A DNA stretch of 63,868 bases, filler included, from Malassezia furfur (lineage: Eukaryota): NCBI GenBank assembly GCA_052055015.1. It is 3 parts of 3 records of this genome, joined end to end, with 100 filler letters (N's around TTAATTAATTAA, not from the genome) between each part and the next. Parts side by side here need not be neighbours in the genome. Positions count along the whole stretch, not along the records: positions 47,915 to 63,868 come from JBQJIT010000254.1; 2 more parts are not named here. One strand, given 5' to 3'. The notes beneath the pieces were generated by a model that did not search any database, had not been told where the DNA came from, and was given only the letters and a program-made list of their open reading frames with translations. The translations under genes and the position numbers were made by a program. Position 1 is the stretch's first letter. Each line of letters starts with the position of its first letter. Shown here piece after piece: positions 52,841-61,823 of the stretch.

Positions 52841-54300
52841 ATGGACGTGACCGTATCGTCGGGGGTCATGCAGGACGAACACTCCGCACACGTAGACATG
52901 GACACAGCGCGCTGGTCGCTGTTTGCGCGCCGCAGGCACCGCGCGCCGGGCCGCAAGCATCGCTGGAGCCGCTGGCTCGAGGCGCGTCGCTCGCTCGATA
53001 CCGCAAACACCAACGGCACACCGCACACCTCGCGCGATCATGTGCCGGCGCTCGTCGTGTCCGAGCCGGGCGCGCACGACGAGTCGCGCACGTCGCACGC
53101 CGTGCACGACGAGGCGCTCGCTGTCGCCGCCGAGGCGATGGCGACGGGCCAGGCGCACGTACCACAGGCAGAAGAGCAGCATGCGGAAGCAGACACGGGC
53201 GCCGAGGCGGACGCGGACCCTCCTGCTGACGCGGCCGACGCCCCGGCCGCGGTCGCCCCGACGGTTGCCCCCGCGCCGCCCGTGGCCGACGACGACACGC
53301 TGCCCAACCCGCACGTAGATACGCAGGCGACGCCCGCGCCGCCCGACGCACCGCAGTCTACGCACGACACGGTCCCTGCGGACCTCAGGGAGGCGTTCAC
53401 GTTGCGCCTCAAGACGATCGCGTACCTGCGACGCGTCGTGCACGGCGACGAGCGCTTCCTGTACTCGGCGCAGCTGCGGCCGTCCGACTATGTCGCGGCC
53501 GTCACGCGCCGTGCGCTCGAGGACTGGTGTGCGTACGCAGAGTGCGCGCGCTCGAACCTCGCGCTCGCGCTCCAGGACACTTCGATCCGCGCCGTGCTCC
53601 GCCGCACACACGAGCTCGAGCGCGGGCAGCCCGAGGCGTGGTTCACGGCGGACGATGTACGTCGCTGCCTCACACAGGACACGGACGAGTCACACGAGCT
53701 GCAGGTCGATGTCGTCGAGTCGCTCTCGGCGATTCTCGCAGTGCTGTGTGCGCTGTATGCCAAGCTGCTCGCTTGCGTCGACCCGGCGTTCCTCGAGCGC
53801 CTGCGCAACGACACGACACCGGTGCAGATCTCCACCGTGTACGGCCCCATGACGATGCAGACCCTGCTTGAGCCATTCCCAGAGGCCGCAATGCTCACCG
53901 ATGCCGACGTCGACACACTTCTGGCCCTGCACCACATCCTCTCGGTATGCAGACTCCCGCACTCACCCCGCAGGACTTCGTGCACAAACTCGCCAAGAAC
54001 CTCACGTACGTCTCGCGGTACGCGTCCAAGTCGGAAATCTACGAATGGGACGCGCTACTCTCGAGCGGCCATTTTGACTGGGACCAGCTCGTGACCGCGT
54101 TCCAGGCGCGCCAGGAGCGCCCGCCGCAGTACGACGTGTCGACGGCGCACGACGACACACCACCGATGCCGCGTGACTCGGCAGACTTTTCCACAACGCC
54201 CAAGGCCACGAAGCGCGCCTCGTTCAAGTGGTTCTCAACGGGACGCGCCAAACGCGCTTCCTACTTGGCTCACTCGTTCTTCTCCCGCTCGCGCCTGTAA
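52841..54300 (+). CDS. Conserved-looking fungal hypothetical protein
   Basis: Long ORF with R.KTIAYLRRV..G...FLYS and D.VE.LS.I...L..LY.KL blocks. 29-nt intron 53945-53973 links it to ORF 53947-54300. Confidence 0.7.
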
Positions 54301-54409
54301 GCGCGCCGGCGGCACGCGCCAGGCACGGCCGGCGCACGGACCTCTTAATGGACGTGGATAATTTCTTACTAAATACGCTTAATTCAAACGATGCTGATCC
54401 GTGCGCGGG

Positions 54410-54420
54410 GGAGTCGAACC
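54410..54420 (-). promoter_or_regulatory. Isolated Pol III B-box (TFIIIC site) consensus
   Basis: Minus strand reads GGTTCGACTCC, a perfect GGTTCGANTCC match, without a complete cloverleaf. Confidence 0.4.
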
Positions 54421-54743
54421 GACACCGCACTGTGTGCAGGCACATACTGTACGGAACACCTGCCGTAGCGCGCGCCCAGTCGTATGTGTATCAAGGTAAA
54501 TTGACGGCACAACGGTCCGACGCGTTTGGTCGCGCGACATGGGTCAATACCGCGTCTCTATCTCCACGGCACTTATCGAGCCCAAATTAGATATGAATTA
54601 TTGATAAGTGTCAAAACGGAAAAGACAACTACGCCAAGTGCGTACCTTCGGCTATCGCGACGGGGGGAGACACGAGAATGCCTATCAGGCGTACAGACTG
54701 CATTTTTAGTCACACGGCTTTCTTGCCGTAACATGGTCCGCGA

Positions 54744-54782
54744 TTATCCACGCCTGATAAGCCCCGGCGCGCTCGCATATAA
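54744..54782 (+). promoter_or_regulatory. Paired GATA sites + TATA upstream of amine oxidase copy 1
   Basis: TTATC (54744), GATAAG (54756), TATAA (54778); further sites near 54571 and 54603. Confidence 0.6.
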
Positions 54783-54820
54783 GCCAAACGGGGACGCACC
54801 ACGTACATGGCATAGTCAGT

Positions 54821-56914
54821 ATGTCTCCTGTATCTGCAGATACGGTCCACGCCGCTGAAAGACCCCACCCGCTCGACCCAGCGACTCCCGCCGAACTCGA
54901 AGAGGCCGTCGCCCTCGCACAGGCCGAGTTCCCCAACCAGCCCCTCTTTTTCCATGCGGGCGTCCTTTGTGAGCCGCCCAAGCAGGCGCTCCGCAAGTAC
55001 CTGCGTGCTGAGCGCGCGGGACAGACGGTGGAGCCGCCGCCCCGTTGTATTGATCTAATGTTCTACATTGCCAAGACTCCGCGCCTCTTTGAGGCCACGG
55101 TCGACCTCACCAACAAGAAAGTGGGCAGGCTCGACGAGCTTCCGCGAGGGAAAATGGCACCCAAGAACCCAGAGGAAGCCCGTGCCGTTGCCGAATTTGT
55201 GCTTCAGTCAGACGAGCTCAAGAAGGAGGCCGCGCGCCTCAATGTGCCGCTCAGTCATATCGTCGCAGAGCCGTGGGACTATGCGCGCGACACGGACAAC
55301 GAATATGACCGCAAGTCGCAGGTGTTCTTTTTCCTGCGGGACCCCGAAACAGAAGACCTCGATTCCAACCCATACACGCGACCTCTCGATTTTTTGATGA
55401 TTGTCGATTTGAACACGGAGCACAACCGCGTCGACCGCGTCGCACGGCTCCCACTCGGTGTCAGTGTGCAGGGGGGTGACGAGCCCAAGGATGGCTTTAA
55501 GCTGGGCACCGCTCCGGAGCCAGAATATGCACACCACCTCCAGAAGCACAAGCCGCGCACATCGCTCAAGCCACTCCGGGTCATTCAGCCCGAAGGACCG
55601 AGTTTCCACGTAGATGGAAACTTGGTGGAGTGGGAAAAGTGGCGCTTCCGTATCGGCTTCAACTGGCGTGAGGGTCTGGTGCTCTACGACATCACCTTCG
55701 ATGGACGCGAGCTCTTCCACCGGATCTCACTCTCGGAGATGGTGGTGCCGTACGGCGACCCTCGTGCGCCGCTCCACCGGAAAGTCGCATTCGATCTCGG
55801 CAATTTGGGTGCAGGATTCTGTGCCAACAATTTGGCCCTCGGCTGTGACTGCCTGGGTGTCATCAAATATTTCGATGCGCATTTGCTCGGCTTCAACGGC
55901 AAGCCGGTGAAGAAGGAGAATGTCGTTTGCATGCACGAGATCGACGCCGGTATCCAGTGGAAGCACACCAACTGGCGCACCGGCAATGCCAGCGTCGTTC
56001 GCCGCCGCCAGCTCCAGCTCCAGACAATCATTACGGTGGCCAACTACGAGTATTGCTTCTACTACAACTTTGACCAAAGTGGCGAGATCTCGTTTGATGT
56101 GCTTGCCACCGGTATTCTGAGCACCACTCCCGTGGATCCGGACAACAAGGAACCTTGCGAGTTCGGTACGCGTGTGGGCAAAGGCGTCCTGGGCCCTTAC
56201 CACCAACACATGTTTAGTCTACGCATTGACCCTTGCATCGATGGTGACGGAAACTCGCTGCAGGTGGTCGACAGCGTGCCTATGCCGCTCGACAAGTACA
56301 ATCCGTACGGTATTGGCTACAAGACCGAGAGCCGTACCGTCAAGGAGTCGGGTACCGAAGAGCTCGATGTTGCCAAGGGCCGCGTGTTCAAGATTATCAA
56401 CCCGAACAAGATCAACCCCACCTCGCTGCTGCCGGTGGGCTACAAGCTGGTCCCCATCGTGTCACAGATGTTGCTTGCTGATCCTTCTTCGTGGCATTCG
56501 CGACGGTCGAATTTTGCCGACCATCCAATTTGGGTGACCAAGTACAAGGAGGGCGAGCTCTTCGCCTCGGGTGTGTACACTAACCAGTCGGACGGCGACG
56601 ACGGTATCAAGACGTGGATTCAAAGGAAAGACAACGTCGAAAACGAGGACATTGTCGTATGGCACACATTCGGCTTCACGCACAATCCGCGCCCTGAAGA
56701 TTTCCCTGTGATGCCCGCAGAGGTTGGCCGAGTCATGTTGAAGCCTAACAGCTTCTTTGAGTACAACCCTACGATGGATGTCCCTCTAAGCTCACAATCC
56801 TTCAATCAGAGTGTCCTTTATGATGATTTGAAGAAGGCGAATGGAGTAAACGGAACCACTCAAGCGATGGCTAATGCGTCACTCAATGGCAGTTGCTGCA
56901 GTAGTCAAGCGTAG
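54821..56914 (+). CDS. Copper-containing amine oxidase, copy 1
   Basis: HPLDP, QPEGPSF, W.FRIGFN.REG, SEM.VPYGDP, AFDLG, LGCDCLG, TPQ motif TVANYEY, Cu ligands HQH and H(NPRPEDFPVMP). Intronless. Confidence 0.96.
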   Translation: MSPVSADTVHAAERPHPLDPATPAELEEAVALAQAEFPNQPLFFHAGVLCEPPKQALRKYLRAERAGQTVEPPPRCIDLMFYIAKTPRLFEATVDLTNKKVGRLDELPRGKMAPKNPEEARAVAEFVLQSDELKKEAARLNVPLSHIVAEPWDYARDTDNEYDRKSQVFFFLRDPETEDLDSNPYTRPLDFLMIVDLNTEHNRVDRVARLPLGVSVQGGDEPKDGFKLGTAPEPEYAHHLQKHKPRTSLKPLRVIQPEGPSFHVDGNLVEWEKWRFRIGFNWREGLVLYDITFDGRELFHRISLSEMVVPYGDPRAPLHRKVAFDLGNLGAGFCANNLALGCDCLGVIKYFDAHLLGFNGKPVKKENVVCMHEIDAGIQWKHTNWRTGNASVVRRRQLQLQTIITVANYEYCFYYNFDQSGEISFDVLATGILSTTPVDPDNKEPCEFGTRVGKGVLGPYHQHMFSLRIDPCIDGDGNSLQVVDSVPMPLDKYNPYGIGYKTESRTVKESGTEELDVAKGRVFKIINPNKINPTSLLPVGYKLVPIVSQMLLADPSSWHSRRSNFADHPIWVTKYKEGELFASGVYTNQSDGDDGIKTWIQRKDNVENEDIVVWHTFGFTHNPRPEDFPVMPAEVGRVMLKPNSFFEYNPTMDVPLSSQSFNQSVLYDDLKKANGVNGTTQAMANASLNGSCCSSQA

Positions 56915-57227
56915 TATAGTAGTACGATAACGCAAGGGGTCATTCTGTATACTAAGCCAAGATTGCTCTACTCGAATAGAATAGACTTGCACATCTCCAG
57001 TGTCAGGAACGCAGACATGCATCGAGTGATTTCTATTTTTGCTTTATAAACGGCTGTGAAATATTTGTAAAAAAATGTGTCGTTAGTTATTCTCGCATCC
57101 TATCTGGGGTCGCACGAGCCGACGATAAGATACGATCCCTGTGGGGCTACATCAATGATATCTCAACATTTCGGTCGAGCGCTGACAACCTCAAGACCAT
57201 CACCACTCTAACCAGACAATTGGCGCA

Positions 57228-58865
57228 ATGCCAAGCATTAGGAGCATTCGCAGACACGAAAATGACACCGAAGTAACGGATTATGATGAAGCACAACTAT
57301 TGGCCCTAGGCCATGAGCCTGTTCTCGAGCGAAATTTTTCTTTCTTGTCAATGTTAGGAATGGGATTTGCTATTCTCAACTCATGGACGGCACTTTCGGC
57401 TTCAATGTCGTTGGCCCTTCCGAGCGGCGGGCCAAGTTCCGTGATCTGGGGCCTGGTTACAGCGGGGATCTGCAATGTCTGTTTGGCCATGTCTCTATCC
57501 GAATTTTTATCTGCTTTCCCTACTGCTGGTGGACAATACCATTGGGTCGCATTCGTGTCTCCAGCCAAGTATCGCAGGGTCTTTTCATGGATCACGGGTT
57601 GGATCAATGTCGGGGGATGGCTTGCACTTAGTGCTGCCGGTGGTGTGCTGGGTAGTCAATTGGTTGTTGGCCTGGCATCCCTAATGCACCCAAATTATGA
57701 TCCTCAACGTTGGCATCAATTTCTGATCTACATCGCCTATGCCGTGATATGCTTCACAATCAATGCTTTTGGGACACCTCTACTTCCGCTTGCTAACCAA
57801 GGTGCTTTTATCTGGTCCATTGCTGGATTTGTTATTATTAGCATCGTCGTGCTGGCAACCGCTTCGCCCAACTTCGCCGACGGTGACTGGGTGTTCGGAA
57901 ACTTTATCAACAACACGGGCTGGCCCAATGGCATTGCCTGGCTCCTCGGTCTTCTACAAGGGAGTTTTGGTCTTACTGCGTACGATGCAGTCGCTCATAT
58001 GATTGAGGAGATCCCCAACGCCTCCATACAAGGTCCAATGGTTATGAACTCAAGTGTATGGACCGGTATTATCACCGGCTTTATTTTCTTGGTCGTGATG
58101 TTATTCGCATCGGGAGGGCAACCAAACGTCGACGATGTCATCAATTCGGCGCAAACGCCTCTGATCCACATTTTCCAAATTGCAACAAAAAGCAATGCTG
58201 CTTGTATCTGTCTTACCTTGTTTCCCCTGATTTGCCTGATTTTTGCAATGTTGGGTGCATTCACCACATCAAGCCGAATGACGTTTGCCTTCGCGCGTGA
58301 AAAAGGGCTCCCCTTCTCGCCCTTTTTCTCTCATGTCCATTCCAAACTGAAACTTCCTTTGAATGCGCTTGTTCTGACAATGGTTGTTGTCATTATCTTT
58401 GGCCTTATCTTCCTTGCATCTGACAGTGCCTTTGACGCGATCACTTCGGCGGCTGTCATTGCGTTGAACTTGTCATACGGGATTCCCATTGCTATCAATT
58501 GTGCACAAGGTCGCAAGAAGCTGCCTCCACGTGCGTACAGACTTAATCCTATGCTTGGATGGACGGTTAACATTGTGGGGCTGATTTACGTTGCTATCAC
58601 GACGGTGCTCTTCTTTTTCCCGCCAGTTGTGCCTGCTACTGGGAGCAGCATGAACTATGCCATCGTTGCGTTCACTATTTGGCTCATCATTTGCGTTGCA
58701 TACTGGTTCATTGGTGGCCACAAGTATGACGGACCTTCACTTGTTGGTTTCATTCAAAATATGGGGCTGTCGCCGGAAGACATGGCGATCGAAAATGCAG
58801 ACCACACTGTGTACACTGTGGATGAGAATAAGGGAGAAGGCGAGAAGAAGAAGGAGACCGCATAA
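57228..58865 (+). CDS. APC-family amine/amino-acid permease (Hnm1/Uga4-like), copy 1
   Basis: L.RNFSFLSMLG..F.ILNSW, GGP..VIWG, E..SAFPTAGGQYHW, W.NG.AWLLGLLQ, YDAVAHMIEE, SRMTFAFAR..GLPFS, MNYA. About 12 TM segments; intronless. Confidence 0.92.
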   Translation: MPSIRSIRRHENDTEVTDYDEAQLLALGHEPVLERNFSFLSMLGMGFAILNSWTALSASMSLALPSGGPSSVIWGLVTAGICNVCLAMSLSEFLSAFPTAGGQYHWVAFVSPAKYRRVFSWITGWINVGGWLALSAAGGVLGSQLVVGLASLMHPNYDPQRWHQFLIYIAYAVICFTINAFGTPLLPLANQGAFIWSIAGFVIISIVVLATASPNFADGDWVFGNFINNTGWPNGIAWLLGLLQGSFGLTAYDAVAHMIEEIPNASIQGPMVMNSSVWTGIITGFIFLVVMLFASGGQPNVDDVINSAQTPLIHIFQIATKSNAACICLTLFPLICLIFAMLGAFTTSSRMTFAFAREKGLPFSPFFSHVHSKLKLPLNALVLTMVVVIIFGLIFLASDSAFDAITSAAVIALNLSYGIPIAINCAQGRKKLPPRAYRLNPMLGWTVNIVGLIYVAITTVLFFFPPVVPATGSSMNYAIVAFTIWLIICVAYWFIGGHKYDGPSLVGFIQNMGLSPEDMAIENADHTVYTVDENKGEGEKKKETA

Positions 58866-59346
58866 AGTAAACTACCACGAAAACTATATAGGTGATATGT
58901 TCATTGTTACGAAAACGAGATCTTGGTTGCTGTACCTAAGATACAGGAGGAGGTATTACTACTACAAAGACGAGATGTGTTTACACAACCTTTCAAGAAT
59001 GCAATGAGCTATAGTTGAGACCATTTCAAACAGAAATAAACTAAAAACGAATAAATGAAGTACACAAATACCGGACACCATAGTCGAATACGGTCACTGT
59101 GTATTTTAGCCGTATAAAGCGAGCTATAATAAGCGATTTGTTGTAAATAAAATACCATGCAAATTGGATGGGAATGTTATCATGTAAAGCCGGATTTATA
59201 GGAGTGCCTAACTAGCGTGATGACGTGACCACCCCAAATCGTCCGTGCGCGAACCTGATACGAACTGTCACTGCCACGAGTAATTATCTCAAAGCGAGCG
59301 TTATTATTAGTCACCCATGGACCGATGAGATTTCATCGCTGCAGGA

Positions 59347-59386
59347 CTTATCGCTCTAGATAAGCGGGTGCACGAAGGCATATAAA
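59347..59386 (+). promoter_or_regulatory. Paired GATA sites + TATA upstream of amine oxidase copy 2
   Basis: CTTATC (59347), GATAAG (59359), TATAAA (59381); same GATAAG-to-TATA offset (22 nt) as copy 1. Confidence 0.6.
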
Positions 59387-59423
59387 TGTCGCATCAGTGC
59401 ACCATGCCCTAATCAGTATCATC

Positions 59424-61514
59424 ATGTCGCCCGTCTCTGCTGATACGGTTCAGGCTTCTCAAGCCCCCCACCCGCTTGACCCTGCCCTCGCCTCGGAACT
59501 CGAAGAAGCAGTGTCGCTAGTTAAAGCCAAGTTCCCTGATAAGCAATTGTTCTTCCATGCTGGCGTTCTGGTCGAGCCGCCGAAGCAGGTCCTCCGCAAA
59601 TACCTTCGTGCGGAGCGTGCGGGGCAGAAGGTTGAGCCGCCGCCTCGTTGCGTTGAGCTCATGTTCTACATTGCTCGGACTCATCGCCTGTTCGAAGCTG
59701 TTGTTGATGTCACGAACAAGAAGGTGGATAGGCTCGACGAGATGCCCCGGAACAAGATGGCACCGATGAACCCGGAGGAAGCGAAGCTGGTGTCTGAGCT
59801 GGTCCTCAAGTCAGATGAGCTCAAGAAGGAAGTCGAGCGCATCAAGGTGCCGCTGAGCCACGTCACCGCTGAGCCTTGGGACTATGCACGCGACTCGGAC
59901 AACGAATACGAGCGCAAAGCCCAGGTCTTCTTCTTCCTTCGGGATACCAAGACCGAAGACCCTGACTCTAACCCATACGCGCATCCTTTGGACTTCTTGA
60001 TGGTCGTGGACCTCAACGGAGATGAGCTGAAGGTCGCTGCAGTGCAACGCCTGCCTTTGGGTGTTAGCGTGAAGGGTGACGACGAGCCCAAGGATGGCTT
60101 CAAGCTGGGTACTTCTGAAGAGCCCGAATATGCACACCACCTCCAGAAGGAAAAGCCCCGTACGTCGCTCAAGCCACTGCGGGTTGTTCAGCCCGAGGGA
60201 CCCAGCTTCAAGCTGGACGGATACCTTGTGGAATGGGAGAAGTGGCGCTTCCGTATCGGCTTCAACTGGCGTGAGGGTCTGGTACTCTACGATATTACCT
60301 TTGACGGTCGGGAGCTCTTCCACCGTATTTCGCTCTCAGAGATGGTGGTGCCTTACGGTGACCCTCGTGCTCCTCTGCACCGCAAGTCTGCGTTTGACTT
60401 GGGTAACCTGGGTGCTGGGTTCTGTGCCAACGACCTGGGCCTTGGCTGCGACTGCCTGGGTGTCATCAAGTACTTTGATGCTCACCTCCTTGGCTTTGAT
60501 GGCAAGCCATTCAAGGCTCAGAACGTTGTCTGCATGCACGAGATCGACGCTGGTATCCAGTGGAAGCACACCAACTGGCGCACCGGCAATGCCAGCGTCG
60601 TTCGCCGCCGCCAGCTCCAGCTCCAGACAATCATTACGGTGGCCAACTACGAGTATTGCTTCTACTACAACTTTGACCAGAGCGGTGAAATCGCATTTGA
60701 TGTGCTTGCCACCGGTATTCTGAGCACCACTCCCGTGGACCCGGACAACAAGAACCCTTGCGAGTTTGGCACGCGCGTGGGTCATGGTGTTCTTGGTCCA
60801 TACCACCAGCACATCTTCAACCTGCGCATTGACCCTTGCATCGATGGTGACGGAAACTCGCTGCAGGTGGTCGACAGCGTGCCTATGCCGCTCGACAAGT
60901 ACAATCCGTACGGTATTGGCTACAAGACCGAGAGCCGTACCGTCAAGGAGTCGGGTACCGAAGAGCTCGATGTTGCCAAGGGCCGCGTGTTCAAGATTAT
61001 CAACCCGAACAAGATCAACCCCACCTCGCTGCTGCCGGTGGGCTACAAGCTGGTCCCCATCGTGTCGCAGATGATGATTGCGCACCCCACTTCGTGGCAC
61101 GCCCGTCGCTCCAACTTTGGTGACCACCCTATCTGGGTGACCAAGTACAAGGAGGGTGAGCTCTTCGCCTCAGGTGTCTACACCAACCAGTCGGATGGTG
61201 ACGATGGCATTAAGGCATGGGTGGAGAGGAAAGACAATGTCGAGAACGATGACATTGTCGTTTGGCACTCGTTCGGTTTCACCCACAACCCTCGTCCTGA
61301 GGACTTCCCTGTGATGCCTGCCGAGGTCGCTCGGGTCATGCTCAAGCCTAACAGCTTCTTCGAGTACAACCCGACTATGGATGTTCCGCCCAGCTCGCAA
61401 GCTTTCAACCAGAGTGTCCTCTACGATGGCTCGAAGGAACAGGATGGAACGAACGGAGCTACGAGTGCGATGGCTGATGCATCGCTGAGTGACAACTGCT
61501 GCAACCGGACGTAA
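59424..61514 (+). CDS. Copper-containing amine oxidase, copy 2
   Basis: Same motifs as copy 1 (TVANYEY, HQH, HNPRPEDFP). ATG MSPVSADTV is 4603 nt downstream of that of copy 1. Confidence 0.96.
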   Translation: MSPVSADTVQASQAPHPLDPALASELEEAVSLVKAKFPDKQLFFHAGVLVEPPKQVLRKYLRAERAGQKVEPPPRCVELMFYIARTHRLFEAVVDVTNKKVDRLDEMPRNKMAPMNPEEAKLVSELVLKSDELKKEVERIKVPLSHVTAEPWDYARDSDNEYERKAQVFFFLRDTKTEDPDSNPYAHPLDFLMVVDLNGDELKVAAVQRLPLGVSVKGDDEPKDGFKLGTSEEPEYAHHLQKEKPRTSLKPLRVVQPEGPSFKLDGYLVEWEKWRFRIGFNWREGLVLYDITFDGRELFHRISLSEMVVPYGDPRAPLHRKSAFDLGNLGAGFCANDLGLGCDCLGVIKYFDAHLLGFDGKPFKAQNVVCMHEIDAGIQWKHTNWRTGNASVVRRRQLQLQTIITVANYEYCFYYNFDQSGEIAFDVLATGILSTTPVDPDNKNPCEFGTRVGHGVLGPYHQHIFNLRIDPCIDGDGNSLQVVDSVPMPLDKYNPYGIGYKTESRTVKESGTEELDVAKGRVFKIINPNKINPTSLLPVGYKLVPIVSQMMIAHPTSWHARRSNFGDHPIWVTKYKEGELFASGVYTNQSDGDDGIKAWVERKDNVENDDIVVWHSFGFTHNPRPEDFPVMPAEVARVMLKPNSFFEYNPTMDVPPSSQAFNQSVLYDGSKEQDGTNGATSAMADASLSDNCCNRT

Positions 61515-61823
61515 TTGTCGGTAAGCTGCAGATAACTCGGGATGTATAGTAATGTGCGTCTTAGGAATAGATAAAACCCCCTCATCTCTTCAAGACGAAC
61601 TAAAGCTAGTGTGACTCAGGTTGGTTTGGCTGTTATCAGTCGAGTCTTGGGGCGGCTTGGACAGTAATCGCACATTGATGTTCGTGAATAATACGTAATT
61701 CGCGCAAGCCAGCGATAAGATACCACCTCAGATAGTCAGCGGTATTTTTATCTCTCATCCGATCCGGGATAGATAGATGCGGCCCTATATAATCTCGACC
61801 GAAGTAGAAGTGTCACTTGTACG

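Noticed and set aside
58866..59400. AT-rich spacer as a possible Malassezia-type short centromere
   Set aside because: Only moderately AT-rich and explained as terminator plus promoter of the duplicated cassette. A chromosome-wide GC scan or CENP-A ChIP would be needed.
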